64,000 bases of DNA from Ignavibacteriota bacterium (lineage in GTDB: Bacteria; Bacteroidota; Ignavibacteria; UBA10030), in NCBI GenBank assembly GCA_963727825.1, contig CAVSHO010000007.1:64001-128000 (forward strand), in the 5' to 3' direction. Each line of letters begins with the position of its first letter. Within the stretch, counting starts at the first letter, position 1. This document shows, one piece after another, positions 1-11,440 of this stretch. Under the pieces are notes generated by a model. It did not search any database. It saw only the letters and a program-made list of their open reading frames with translations, and was not told where the DNA came from. Both the position numbers and the translations under genes were made by a program.

Positions 1-80
1 TCATGGTTCAAGCGAGTGAACTGATTCGACAATGAATGATGTGAAGGAAGTTCGTTTCCAGAGGAGTTATTTCTGATCCA

Positions 81-1517
81 ATGATTAAGGGAATTTATTT
101 ACTAAGAAGAAATTCATTTTTCGCTTTATCATCGACGGCTATTCGATTATTATCGAATGCGGTGATGTTTATTGTCATCGCTAGGTTTTATGGACCGGAA
201 AGCTTTGGACAATTTACGACTGCTCACACCCTGTCAACAATTTTTATTCTGCTTGCTGACTTTGGCTTTGACATGCTTCTGACAACTCAAATCGCCGCAG
301 ACAATCAACGAGCATCAGTCATACTCCCGAGGATGCTCGGTCTGAAACTTGTTTTTTCTTTTTTCGCTTCCACGATTATGTGTGCAGTTCCGCTTCTCGG
401 GAATCTTTCAGTACAAGCGAGTAAACTCATTTATATTTTCAGCCTCTATGTCTTTTTCTCTGCTGCATTAAATTTTTTTTTCGCTCTCTTCAAGGGATAC
501 GAAGAATTTCAACACGAAGCCCTGATTTCCCTTCTCTTGAATGTACTACTCCTTGTGGCTCTCATTTTTCTGGGTTTCATGAAAGCAAGTCTTCCATGGA
601 TTGCATGTGTATTTATAGGTTCGCGAATTTTTGGATTAGGGCTGGCTCTTCTGAGAAGCAAGAAGTTTATTCCATCCATTCTACCTGTCTGGGATTTACA
701 TTGGTTCCGAGACATAAAGAGCCAAGTGATATATTTTGGTTTGTTTATGATCTTTGGTACACTATTTTTTACTTTAGATACTATCCTTCTCTCGTTCTGG
801 AAAGGAGATTATCAAGTTGGAGTATATCAAGCCGTATTCAGGATTATTGCCATTACATTGGTGATCCCGGATATAGCAATTAATACCCTCCTCCCGACAT
901 TGACAAGGTTTTATGTAATTGACAAAGACAAATGGCGCAGAATGGGATTATTAGCGAGCAAGACATTGTTTTTTATTGCTTTGTTACTCGGATTCGTTAT
1001 TATCTTTTCAGCGGAAGAAATCATCGCTCTAGCATATGGAAAGGGGAAATTTATTGAGGCTATACCTATATTAAAAATCTTTGGAGGAGTGATAATTATC
1101 AGGTATTCAGCAGAGATTCCAGCCCTCATGTTAACGACGTCTCATCGACAATCTGTGAGAACGGTATTGGTCATTCTTGCAACAATCATTAACGTTGGGC
1201 TCAATTCATTCGCCATCCCAAAATTTAATGCGCTGGGTGCCGCGTACACGTCTTTGCTCACAAATCTTTTAGTTGGAATCAGCTACTTCATTGCGTCGCG
1301 CAGGGACATCAAGTGGGGGGTCTTTTCAACAGAGCGCTTAATTCCTTTTCTTACCATTTTTGTTGGGAGTGTGATTATTCTGATCTTTTCAATACCTCTC
1401 TGGATTGGCATCATTGGTGTCTTCGTGATATATACCGTGGCCGTTTACTATGCTGGATTTAATTCTCAGGAAAAAGTTATTCTCCTCGAAAGAGTTTTAT
1501 CATTTAAATTATCATGA
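81..1517 (+). CDS. Wzx-type polysaccharide flippase
   Basis: 478 aa with many TM segments; N-terminal RRNSFF..ARFYGPESFGQF..DFG pattern of MATE-like Wzx; heads a glycosyltransferase cluster. Confidence 0.85.
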   Translation: MIKGIYLLRRNSFFALSSTAIRLLSNAVMFIVIARFYGPESFGQFTTAHTLSTIFILLADFGFDMLLTTQIAADNQRASVILPRMLGLKLVFSFFASTIMCAVPLLGNLSVQASKLIYIFSLYVFFSAALNFFFALFKGYEEFQHEALISLLLNVLLLVALIFLGFMKASLPWIACVFIGSRIFGLGLALLRSKKFIPSILPVWDLHWFRDIKSQVIYFGLFMIFGTLFFTLDTILLSFWKGDYQVGVYQAVFRIIAITLVIPDIAINTLLPTLTRFYVIDKDKWRRMGLLASKTLFFIALLLGFVIIFSAEEIIALAYGKGKFIEAIPILKIFGGVIIIRYSAEIPALMLTTSHRQSVRTVLVILATIINVGLNSFAIPKFNALGAAYTSLLTNLLVGISYFIASRRDIKWGVFSTERLIPFLTIFVGSVIILIFSIPLWIGIIGVFVIYTVAVYYAGFNSQEKVILLERVLSFKLS

Positions 1518-2461
1518 TTCCTAAAGTCGCAGTCGTCATAGTAAACTATAATCGTGCTCAAGATACTATTGAGTGTCTTGATTCATTAAAGGAATGTGCG
1601 TATACCAATTTAAAAATAATCCTCGTGGATAATGGGTCAACAGATGATTCTGAAAATATAATCCGGAAAGTGCACGCCGATATTACAATCATTCAAGCCG
1701 GCCGCAATTTGGGCTTCTGTGCGGGCAATAACCTGGGTATACAATATGCCTTATCATTACCTGATTGCCCCACGTTTATACTTCTTATCAATAACGACAC
1801 TCTTGTGGAGTCTACCTTTCTTTCTCCTTTGGTAGAGGCGATGGAACAAGATTTCCAGGCTGGAGCTGCTGGTGGGACTATTTGTTACTATCCGGAAAAA
1901 GAAAAAATATGGTACGCAGGAGGAAAATTCAACTTCTGGAGAGCTTCCAGCTTTTCAGATCATGAGGGTGAGGAGTACTCCAAGATTATTGAATTTGGTG
2001 AACAACAAACGACTTTTATTACTGGATGCATGATACTCATACGTTCTGAGGTATTAAGCAAAGTTGGACTTCTCGATGAAAGGTATTTTATGTACTTTGA
2101 AGATGCGGAATATTCTCTCAGGTTGATCAGGCATGGATTTCATTTATTGTATGTACCGCAATCTCGTATTTACCATAAAATTGAAAACCGGGCTGCCAAG
2201 CCGCTTTCTTTATATTTTTCTGTTAGAAATAGGCTTTTATTTATCAATAAAGTGACAGTCGGATTCTCGCGTGTTATTGCAATGATTTATTTTTACGTTG
2301 TTACATTAATAAAAATGATGAATTGGGGAATTCGAAAACCAAAACTGTACATCGCCGCGCGATATGCATTGGAGGATTACCATAGGGGAATATTTTTTGC
2401 AGGGAGAGGATTATCATTGAATCAAGAAGGGGACCTGAATGATCGTCAATATCACTCTTGA
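1514..2461 (+). CDS. Glycosyltransferase family 2
   Basis: VIVNYN, VDNGSTD, NLGFCAGNN, LINND and YFMYFEDAE motifs. Confidence 0.9.
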   Translation: MIPKVAVVIVNYNRAQDTIECLDSLKECAYTNLKIILVDNGSTDDSENIIRKVHADITIIQAGRNLGFCAGNNLGIQYALSLPDCPTFILLINNDTLVESTFLSPLVEAMEQDFQAGAAGGTICYYPEKEKIWYAGGKFNFWRASSFSDHEGEEYSKIIEFGEQQTTFITGCMILIRSEVLSKVGLLDERYFMYFEDAEYSLRLIRHGFHLLYVPQSRIYHKIENRAAKPLSLYFSVRNRLLFINKVTVGFSRVIAMIYFYVVTLIKMMNWGIRKPKLYIAARYALEDYHRGIFFAGRGLSLNQEGDLNDRQYHS

Positions 2462-2528
2462 AAGAAACAAAATTTTAAAAAGGATCTGACGATCAGACTG
2501 ATATTTCTCATTTTTGAAAGTAAAGTTG

Positions 2529-3653
2529 ATGCGTATAGGTATTGATGCTCGTGCTGTAGAAAAGACCACAGATGGAATTGGACGGTACGCAATTGAACTG
2601 ATCAAAGCGTTCTCACAGAGAAATGATCCCCATCAATATGTCATTTTTAAAAATCCTTATTTGGACCATTCCTTCAAATACGATGAGCGATTTCGCGAAA
2701 TGAATATCAGCATACGGCGATATAGTCTGAAGGAACAGCTGATGATGCCAAGGATTCTTAAGAAGGAAAAATTAGATATATTCCACTCCTTACATTTTAC
2801 ATTGCCACTTGGTTATAAAGGCGCGCAAGTAATGACGGTACATGATATTATGCCGGTTTTATTTCCGTGGTTTTTTGGTACGAGCAGTATTGTCGATTAT
2901 ATGGCATCAGCTTATTTATCTTTTTTAGTGAGGGCAAGCCTGAAAAAGGCGGTAATAACTATTGTTGATTCAGAGCATACTGCAATGGATCTGAGAACCC
3001 ATTATAAATTAAATGGTGATCAGCTCTCCCGCATCTACTTGGGAATTGATCATCTCAATCCATCGCTCTTGAAGCGCAAAATTGATGTCCCATTATTTTT
3101 AGGATTCCATCATCCCTTTATTCTCACAGTCACAAATTTCCGACCATACAAAAATACAAAAAGGCTTATTCAGGCGTTTGCTCTTGTCAATAAAATAATT
3201 CCTGATTTGAGGCTTGTCGTTGTCGGGGAAAATCCAAAATATTCTCGAAGAACATTGGGTGATTTAGCGGAAGCAGAGAGAAAAAATGTGCACTTCCTTG
3301 GTTTTATCGATGATATGTACTTGACGGCTCTCTTATCCTCAGCAGAAGCGTTTGTTTTCCCTTCGTCGTACGAAGGATTTGGATTTCCTGTTCTTGAGGC
3401 AATGAATCATGGTACACCTGTGATAACCTCTTCTGTGGCTTCCTTGCCGGAAATCGGTGGTAAAGCAGTGGTCTATGTCAATCCAAATGATATTCAGGAT
3501 ATTGCAAATGCTATCCAGACAATATGCACCAATAAAGAATTACAGGGAAGTCTCAGGGAAGCAGGGAGAATGCAGTCCCGGAAATTCCGATGGCAAGACA
3601 CTGCAATTCAAACACTACGCGTCTACGAAAAGGTTTTGATAAGGGCAAGTTGA
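2529..3653 (+). CDS. Glycosyltransferase family 4 (GT-B, MtfB-like)
   Basis: MRIGIDAR start (ATG 2529), GIGRY, TVHD and FPSSYEGFGFPVLEAM motifs. Confidence 0.9.
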   Translation: MRIGIDARAVEKTTDGIGRYAIELIKAFSQRNDPHQYVIFKNPYLDHSFKYDERFREMNISIRRYSLKEQLMMPRILKKEKLDIFHSLHFTLPLGYKGAQVMTVHDIMPVLFPWFFGTSSIVDYMASAYLSFLVRASLKKAVITIVDSEHTAMDLRTHYKLNGDQLSRIYLGIDHLNPSLLKRKIDVPLFLGFHHPFILTVTNFRPYKNTKRLIQAFALVNKIIPDLRLVVVGENPKYSRRTLGDLAEAERKNVHFLGFIDDMYLTALLSSAEAFVFPSSYEGFGFPVLEAMNHGTPVITSSVASLPEIGGKAVVYVNPNDIQDIANAIQTICTNKELQGSLREAGRMQSRKFRWQDTAIQTLRVYEKVLIRAS

Positions 3654-3782
3654 CCTGAGAATCTAAAGAACCTAAATACTGGAAATAAATATGAAACGAT
3701 ACACTGATAATTTCGAAGATAGTTGTAAAGAACCCTATGTCGGGAAGCCAGAGGATTCTTGGAAAAGAGACAATCACACAGC

Positions 3783-4916
3783 ATGAAAATTGTTCATACA
3801 AATAAAGCATACTATCCTTTAATAGGCGGAGTAGAAACTATAGTAGCAAATTTTGCAGAAGGATTATCGACCCGCCCGGGAATCGACGTGGAGGTGCTTG
3901 TGTGTAATCATGAACATTCCATTTGGAAACAGGAAAAAACAATAAACAGAGTGAATGTCACCTATGTTCCTATGTGGGCAAAAATTGCTTCGTTGCCAAT
4001 AAGCCCTTTATTCCCTTTTCATTTAGCGGCCTTGGATGGTGATATTCTCCATGTTCATGAACCGTTCCCATTAGTTGATTTGACAAATCTTTTAATTCCA
4101 AGCGTATTGCGGCGGTTTTCACGCATTGTCGTTTCCTGGCACAGCGATATTGTACGACAAAAATGGGCTATGTCTGTCTATGCTTCAGTTATACGAAAAT
4201 TTTTAGACAGGGTAGATCGAATAATTGTGGCGACACCAAACCATTTGGAGAGTTCTCAGTTTTTAAAGACCTATAGTGAGAAGTGCGAAATTATTCCCTT
4301 TGGTCTTCAGTTAGACTGGGTGAAGCAGAGGCAAACAAGAGATGAACAAATAAAAAAAATAAAAAAGCAATTTGGGGATCCGCTTATCTTATTTGTAGGT
4401 AGATTAGTTTATTACAAAGGATTGAAATACCTCGTCGATGCAATGAATTTATTGCCAGATGTAAATCTGGCCATTGTTGGTGGTGGCCCGTTACAATTCG
4501 AAATAAAGCACCAGATAAGCAAGCTACAATTGGAAAAAAGGGTACATATTATCCCACATCTCAGCAAAACAGAATTGCATGATTTTTATGAGGCCTGCGA
4601 TATTTTTGTATTACCATCTACAGACATTAGTGAAGCGTTCGGTTTGGTCCAGGTTGAAGCGATGGCTTGCGGTAAGCCAGTCGTATCGACTAATTTAAAC
4701 ACAGGTGTCACTTTTGTGAATCAACATGGAATCACTGGCTTAACTGTTGAACCGCGTGATTCGATGGCCCTAGCGGATGCCATTCGCACACTTCTTGGTA
4801 ATTCTAATCTGAGATTATCTCTAGGACGTAATGCTCAAGAGAGAGCGATGCGCGAATTTACATTAGAAAGAATGATCGATAGAACTGTTAAGCTTTATAA
4901 TCGTATCTTGACCTAA
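3783..4916 (+). CDS. Glycosyltransferase family 4
   Basis: YYP.IGGVE, FVGRLVYYKG and EAFGLVQVEAM motifs; probable start ATG 3783. Confidence 0.9.
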   Translation: MKIVHTNKAYYPLIGGVETIVANFAEGLSTRPGIDVEVLVCNHEHSIWKQEKTINRVNVTYVPMWAKIASLPISPLFPFHLAALDGDILHVHEPFPLVDLTNLLIPSVLRRFSRIVVSWHSDIVRQKWAMSVYASVIRKFLDRVDRIIVATPNHLESSQFLKTYSEKCEIIPFGLQLDWVKQRQTRDEQIKKIKKQFGDPLILFVGRLVYYKGLKYLVDAMNLLPDVNLAIVGGGPLQFEIKHQISKLQLEKRVHIIPHLSKTELHDFYEACDIFVLPSTDISEAFGLVQVEAMACGKPVVSTNLNTGVTFVNQHGITGLTVEPRDSMALADAIRTLLGNSNLRLSLGRNAQERAMREFTLERMIDRTVKLYNRILT

Positions 4917-4950
4917 TAAATGACATTATAATGTCTATTTCATTCAGGCT

Positions 4951-6036
4951 ATGAAAACCATTTTACTTGTTGCCGGTACACGCCCGGAAATTATTAAAAC
5001 TGCACCTGTTTTAATTGAGGCACGGAAAAGAAAAGATATTAAATCGATCTATTGCCTTACAGGTCAGCATAAAACCATGGCAATGGAAGCATTGTCAATC
5101 TTTGGAGTCGAACCGGATGATGATCTTCAAATTATGCGTCCGAACCAAACATTAAATATGATTTGCGAATCGGTTTTCACGAAATTACCGTCAGTGATTG
5201 AGCATACTAATCCGGATGCAGTCATGGTACAGGGTGATACAACTACTGCGGCAATGACCGCACTATGTGCGTTTAATATGAAAGTACCAGTTGCGCATAT
5301 TGAAGCGGGGCTGCGAACATTTAATTTAGAAGCACCGTATCCAGAAGAATGTAATCGACGGCTTATCGGAGTAGTTGCGAAATATAATCTCTGTCCTACT
5401 ACAATGGCAGGTGAAAATTTACGGCGTGAAGGTGTGCCGGAAAAAAGAATATACATTACTGGGAATACAGTCGTTGATGCATTGCGTTTGATTCAAGAGA
5501 AGCATAACCTCGATGAGCTTGAACGTATCTTTCCAAACATAAAGAAGCCATTTGTGCTTATCACCGCTCATAGGCGCGAAAGCTTTGGCGGAGGATTCCA
5601 AAATATCTGTGCGGCGATCCGTGAATGCGCTTTAAGATATCCAGGTTTTCAATTTATTTATCCTGTCCACCTGAATCCTCATGTCAAAGGACCAGTGCAT
5701 GAAATGTTAGGGAAAATAGGTAATGTGAAGTTGATTCCGCCGATTCCGTATCTTGAGATGCTTACTTTGATGAAGCATTGTGAATTCGTGCTTTCAGATT
5801 CCGGAGGTATCCAGGAAGAAGCGCCATCGTTCGGTAAGCATTGTATTGTAATGCGTGAAGTAACGGAACGAATGGAAAGCGTGAATCTTGGAATGTCCGA
5901 GCTTGTGGGTACGGATGTTACGAAGATCCTTAGTGCAGTTCAGCGCACAATTGAAGGAAACATCAAGCATGACCTTGGCAAGAATCCTTATGGCGACGGC
6001 CATGCATCAGAAAAAATTTTAGATATATTAATGTAA
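4951..6036 (+). CDS. wecB: UDP-N-acetylglucosamine 2-epimerase (non-hydrolysing)
   Basis: GTRPEIIK, TGQH, QGDTTT, HIEAGLRT, DSGGIQEEAP and NPYGDGHAS motifs. Confidence 0.95.
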   Translation: MKTILLVAGTRPEIIKTAPVLIEARKRKDIKSIYCLTGQHKTMAMEALSIFGVEPDDDLQIMRPNQTLNMICESVFTKLPSVIEHTNPDAVMVQGDTTTAAMTALCAFNMKVPVAHIEAGLRTFNLEAPYPEECNRRLIGVVAKYNLCPTTMAGENLRREGVPEKRIYITGNTVVDALRLIQEKHNLDELERIFPNIKKPFVLITAHRRESFGGGFQNICAAIRECALRYPGFQFIYPVHLNPHVKGPVHEMLGKIGNVKLIPPIPYLEMLTLMKHCEFVLSDSGGIQEEAPSFGKHCIVMREVTERMESVNLGMSELVGTDVTKILSAVQRTIEGNIKHDLGKNPYGDGHASEKILDILM

Positions 6037-6098
6037 TGTAAGTCGACTCGCTGAGTCGATTAACGAAAAGGATGGTCGAGACAGCATCTCGACCTACA
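6037..6098. repeat. GTAG-type REP doublet
   Basis: TGTAAGTCGACTCGCTGAGTCGAT (6037-6060) and inverted GGTCGAGACAGCATCTCGACCTACA (6074-6098); each is a hairpin with a GTA(A/G) foot. Confidence 0.6.
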
Positions 6099-6105
6099 CG
6101 ATTCA

Positions 6106-7525
6106 ATGAACGCTCGTCGTGAATATATTGTTACACTTCTGATTGATGTGCTCACTATCAATCTGGCGTATATCGCTTATTATTATTTCCGCGTACGTAG
6201 TGGATGGATTCCTTATAGCATCGAACCGGAACTAATATTGCCGATGGTGTTCGTTTGCTTGTACTGGCTCATCTGGTTTGGCATCTTTGGTCTTTATCAT
6301 TCATGGTACGAACAATCACGAATCGATGAGATTCTCACGATTGTTAGAGTAACCATCATTGGAACATTGATTTTATTCTTTTTGATTTTTATTGATGATA
6401 CATCAAGCGAAACAATCATCCACTCTCGGCTTCTGATTCTTGGATATTGGTTTGTGCTAATGATATTAGTCGTAACAGGCAGAATAACAAGAAGATTTGT
6501 TCAACGGAAATTGCTCTTAGCCGGAGTTGGACTGCGCAATACAATTATTATTGGCTGGTCAGATAAGGCATTTGAATTGTGCGATATGGTACTTAAGTAT
6601 CCTGCATTGGGTTATAAAGTAATTGGATTTGTAAAGGTAAGCGCAAAAAGTACGACCCCTTTTTTGTACAAAAGAAACAAACTATAAAGGCATTCCTATT
6701 TTGGGGATGATGAAGGAATTGTCGACACTTATTAAAATGCATGTAGTCAGTGAAGTGCTGATCGGACTTGATCCCTCAGAACGAAAACAGCTTACCGATA
6801 TCCTACGTCAATGTGATTCTGTTGACGTAGGCATGAAAATAATGCCGGATTTGTATGATATTGTCAGCGGGCAGGCACGAATCAGTTCTCTCTATGGCTT
6901 GCCGCTTATGGAAGTGCGCCCGCAGTTGATGAAGCCGTGGGAAGAAGTGGCAAAACGTACGCTCGATATTCTTTTTTCTTTATTAGTGCTAATTATCGGA
7001 CTTCCACTATGGCTTATTTTTGCATGTTTCATAAAGCTCGATTCTAAAGGTCCTGTGCTATATCGTCAAATACGTGTTGGCAAGAATGGTAATCATTTTA
7101 AAATATTAAAATTTCGCTCGATGCGTTTGGATGCTGAAAAGAAGTCCGGCCCAATATGGGCTGGAAAAAACGATCCGCGCGTTACAAATGCCGGCCGCAT
7201 TCTTCGGAAAACGCATTTCGATGAAATCCCACAATTTATCAATGTACTCAAGGGAAATATGAGCTTAGTTGGGCCACGGCCTGAACGGCCATTTTTCGTG
7301 GATAAATTGACGAAAGAAATTCCTCTTTATAATCATCGTCATCGCGTACGTCCGGGAATTACTGGCTGGGCACAAGTCAAACATAAGTATGATGAGAGTA
7401 TGGAAGATGTGCGCACAAAAATCAAATATGATTTATTCTATATCGAAAATATATCTTGGCGCTTGGATTTGAAAATTCTTTTTAACACTATTTATGTAAT
7501 GATTGCAGGAAAGGGACACGCCTGA
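6106..7525 (+). CDS. Polyprenyl-phosphate sugar phosphotransferase (WcaJ/WbaP-like), split by a +1 frameshift near 6660
   Basis: ORF 6106-6687 (TM region plus CoA-binding-like domain) continues in the +1 frame as ..ETNYKGIPILGMM.. into a Bac_transf domain (KFRSM, DEIPQFINVLKGNMSLVGPRPE); T6 run at 6660-6665. Confidence 0.85.
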
Positions 7526-7526
7526 T

Positions 7527-8633
7527 ATGAAACCTATTCACATGGTCGATGTAGTCGGCCAGTATCAAAAAATAAAAACCGAAATTGATGAAGCCGCCCT
7601 ACGCGTTATTGGGTCGGGTCAATATATTCTTGGCAGAGAAGTATCGGAATTTGAAAATGAAATTGCACAGTACTTGAATGTGAATCACGGAATTGGATGT
7701 GCTTCCGGTACCGATGCTTTGATGGTTTCGATGATGGCGCTGGGAATTGGACAAGGTGATGAAGTGGTTACAACGCCATTCACATTTGCCGCTACTACCG
7801 AGACGATTATATTACTTGGTGCCAAGCCGATTTATGTTGATATAGATCCAAAGACATTTAATCTTGATCCATTAAAAATGGAAGCGGTAATTACAAAGAA
7901 GACAAAAGCGATTATTCCAGTGCATTTATACGGACAAACTGTAGATATGGACCCGTTGGTAGCAATTGCAAATCGGCATAACATTCCCATCATAGAAGAT
8001 ATGTGCCAGGCGATTGGTGCGGATTATAAGGGCAAGAAAGTGGGTGGCATAGGCACGATGGGTTGTCTAAGTTTCTTCCCAAGTAAAAATCTCGGTGCAT
8101 TTGGTGACGCCGGTATGGTCGTAACAAATGATGGGGCATTAGCAGAAAGGTTGCGTATGATTGTTGTGCATGGTTCGCGCGTACGCTATAAACATGATAT
8201 TATCGGTGTGAATAGCAGGTTGGATGCATTGCAAGCTGCGATGCTTCGCGTAAAACTTCGCTATTTAGATCAATGGATTGATACAAGGCGCAAAGCGGCT
8301 ATGTTATACAATCAATTGTTTACAGGTTCCGATGTCGAAATTCCGTATGAAGCGCCATACGGCAGGCATGTATTTCATCAATATACAATTCGAATTAAGA
8401 ATCGAGATCAAGTTGCACAGTTTTTAAGTGAGAAGAAAATTCCGTACGGTATTTATTATCCGATATCTTTGCATCTTCAGAAGGCTTATTGCATGGAAGG
8501 AAAGCCAGAAGGCTCATTCCCGATAACCGAGGATGCAGCGGTTAATGTTCTCTCGTTACCGATGCATACGGAACTCGACGACGAACAGCAAAAGTTTATA
8601 GTCCAATCAATACTAGAAGCAATTAAAAATTAA
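7527..8633 (+). CDS. DegT/DnrJ/EryC1/StrS PLP-dependent sugar aminotransferase
   Basis: ASGTDAL, PVHLYGQ, SFFPSKNLGAFGDAG and NSRLDALQAA motifs. Confidence 0.93.
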   Translation: MKPIHMVDVVGQYQKIKTEIDEAALRVIGSGQYILGREVSEFENEIAQYLNVNHGIGCASGTDALMVSMMALGIGQGDEVVTTPFTFAATTETIILLGAKPIYVDIDPKTFNLDPLKMEAVITKKTKAIIPVHLYGQTVDMDPLVAIANRHNIPIIEDMCQAIGADYKGKKVGGIGTMGCLSFFPSKNLGAFGDAGMVVTNDGALAERLRMIVVHGSRVRYKHDIIGVNSRLDALQAAMLRVKLRYLDQWIDTRRKAAMLYNQLFTGSDVEIPYEAPYGRHVFHQYTIRIKNRDQVAQFLSEKKIPYGIYYPISLHLQKAYCMEGKPEGSFPITEDAAVNVLSLPMHTELDDEQQKFIVQSILEAIKN

Positions 8634-8645
8634 CCTGGTAATTAT

Positions 8646-9368
8646 ATGAAACAATCTCTTATTATTATACCAACTTATAATGAAGCGGACAATGTATCTA
8701 AGATCATCCCTGAAGTGCTGGCGCAGGATGAAGGATTCAATGTATTGATTGTTGATGACAACTCGCCGGATGGGACAGCGATGTTGATAAAAGAAATGCA
8801 GAAGACTAATTCTCGCATTCATCTAATTGAACGTCCGAGTAAGCAAGGACTAGGCACGGCGTACGTAGCAGGATTCAAATATGCGCTATTGCATAGATTT
8901 GATTTTGTCTTTGAGATGGATGCCGATTTCTCGCATGATCCCAAGATGTTAACGAGACTTTTAGCAAAAGCAGATGAGTATGATCTGGTTATCGGTTCGC
9001 GGTATATATCAGGCGTTAACGTAGTGAACTGGCCGCTGCAGCGATTGATACTAAGTTATTCTGCAAACCTGTATACACGGATTATCACAGGCTTACCAGT
9101 CAAGGATGCAACAGCGGGTTTCAAATGTTATCGCCGTGCTGTATTGGAAAGTTTTGACCTTGACTTGATCAAATCAAACGGTTACAGTTTCCAAATCGAA
9201 ACAAATTATCTTGCCTGGAAACATGGTTTCCGCGTGTGTGAAGTGCCTATAGTATTTACCGATAGACGTGAAGGTGTCTCAAAAATGTCTAAACATATTG
9301 TCTATGAAGCGGCTTGGATGGTGTGGAAGCTGAAGTTCAGGGACCTGTTTTCAAAAGAGAGTCACTAA
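8646..9368 (+). CDS. Polyprenol monophosphomannose synthase (DPM1-like GT2)
   Basis: IPTYNE, VDDNSPDGT, GLGTAY, EMDADFSHDP and GYSFQIE motifs. Confidence 0.9.
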   Translation: MKQSLIIIPTYNEADNVSKIIPEVLAQDEGFNVLIVDDNSPDGTAMLIKEMQKTNSRIHLIERPSKQGLGTAYVAGFKYALLHRFDFVFEMDADFSHDPKMLTRLLAKADEYDLVIGSRYISGVNVVNWPLQRLILSYSANLYTRIITGLPVKDATAGFKCYRRAVLESFDLDLIKSNGYSFQIETNYLAWKHGFRVCEVPIVFTDRREGVSKMSKHIVYEAAWMVWKLKFRDLFSKESH

Positions 9369-9372
9369 AGGC

Positions 9373-11416
9373 ATGATCGGCGCGCGTAGACAAGCAGTGC
9401 CTGATGTTTCGGTCATCATCGTGAACTATAACGTTCGCGATTTTCTGCAACAATCATTGCTATCAATCCAGAAAGCGTTGAAGGGAATCCGTTCGGAGAT
9501 TTTTGTCGTCGACAATGCTTCCGATGATGGAAGTGTAGATGTCCTGCGGCACCGATTTCCCGCGATCCAGCTATTTCGCAATACTGCCAATCTTGGTTTT
9601 GCCAAGGCAAATAATATTGCACTCAAGAAAGCACGCGGCAAATTCCTTCTTCTAATTAACCCTGATACAATTGTACAGGAAGATACGATCCGAGTGATGG
9701 TTGAATTCCTCCAGAATCATCCAGAAGTCGGACTTGCGGGATGCAAGATTCTGAATCCCGACGGTAGTTTCCAACCAGCCTGCCGCCGAGGTTTTCCGAC
9801 ACCATGGGTTGCATTTACTAAAATATTTGGACTCAGTAAACTCTTTCCCAATACCAAATTATTCGGGAAATATAATCTGACATATTTGAATACCGAAGAT
9901 ACTTATCCGGTGGATGCTGTAAGCGGTTCGTTCATGATGCTACAGAAAAGAAACATACGAGCAGGTCGGCGGCCTGGATGAGAGTTACTTTATGTATGGT
10001 GAGGATCTTGATTGGTGCTATCGTATTCGTCAAGCTGGATGGCGAATATTCTATGTTCATTCCACGCAGATTATTCATTACAAAGGCGAAAGCACACGGC
10101 GAAGCAGCTTAGATGAAATCCATATGTTTTACAATGCGATGCATCTTTTCGTCGAAAAACATTTCCGATCTTCAAAGTTTTTCAACATTATTTTACGTTT
10201 ATCCATTGGCGTAGTTTCTTTTGCTGCATTTATTACTTCAGCGTTGCGGCCTTTGAAAATTGCTGTTTTCGATTTTATTGCAGTGACGATAAGTCTTCTA
10301 ATAGCAGAAGAACTTTGGAGGGGGGCACTCTTTAGCTATCCTGCTTACGCCTATCCAATAGTTTTTACTATCCCGGCTATCATTATTGTGAGTTGTTTGT
10401 ATATTGCGGGAGTATATACACAACGTCGAATGTCTATCTCTCGATCCATCGGTGCTATTTTTCTCGCTTATGTTTTCATCTCTGCTTTAACAGCTTTTTT
10501 TAAGAACTATGCCTTCAGCAGGATGATTGTCGCTATTTCCGGAGTTCTATCGATAGTCTTCATCCCGGGATGGCGATTGGTATTCCGGCTGGTTAGAAAA
10601 ACGTCCGCGCATGGCAGAGGAACGCTGTTCGGCAAACGAACGCTCATCGTTGGTACTGATAAAGACGCTATCGGATTACAACAAAAATTGCGGGCAAGAA
10701 TTGGGGAGGGTTATGAAATTGTAGGATTTGTTGGGACTACGCATGAGCAGATCGGTGAGATATTGAATGGCATCCCAGTTGTCGGCAGTATTGATAACGT
10801 TGGAAAGATAGTCAAAGAACTAAAGATCAGCGATGTGATATTTTCACCGTCGGCGATCAGTTATACTCAAATTCTTTCGGTAATTAGTAGGAGCCGTGAG
10901 CAAGTCGTAAATTTCCATCTTGTTCCAACGACGATGGAAGTAATTGTTGGGAAAGCAAGTGTGGATAGTCTCGATGATTTACCATTAGTGCAGATTACAT
11001 ACAACATTGATAAGCCGATACATCTATTCACAAAACGAATGTTTGATATCGTATTATCTGGATTGCTCTTGATAATGGTTTATCCTATTTTTCGATTGTC
11101 GTCGACAATGACGAAAAAGAGACAAAGTAGATTTCTTGCGGAATTGCCGCGTGTATTCAATGGAACCATGAGTCTTGTGGGTACTCCGGTGAATGACTCA
11201 CGAAAACCAAAGCAGATTGAGGATGGTCTCTTTCTTGGTAAACCGGGTCTCTGCGGTTTGGTACAGCTTCAGCAAGATCGTAAATTGTCGGATGATGAAC
11301 TTACACAATACGATCTTTACTATGCACGCAACCAGAACGTACTGCTTGATCTTGAAATTCTTATCAAGACATGGCTGCAATATCGCTCAATGCGAAAGAG
11401 TGCAAAAGGAAAATAA
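9373..11416 (+). CDS. GT2 glycosyltransferase fused to membrane / CoA-binding-like / degenerate sugar-transferase domains, split by a +1 frameshift near 9945
   Basis: ORF 9373-9981 (VDNASDDGS, LINPDT, AVSGSFMM) resumes in the +1 frame as RKETYEQVGGLDESYFMYGEDLDWC, joining ORF 9992-11416. Confidence 0.8.
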
Positions 11417-11440
11417 GAGAGTGACAAGGAGATTTACCCT

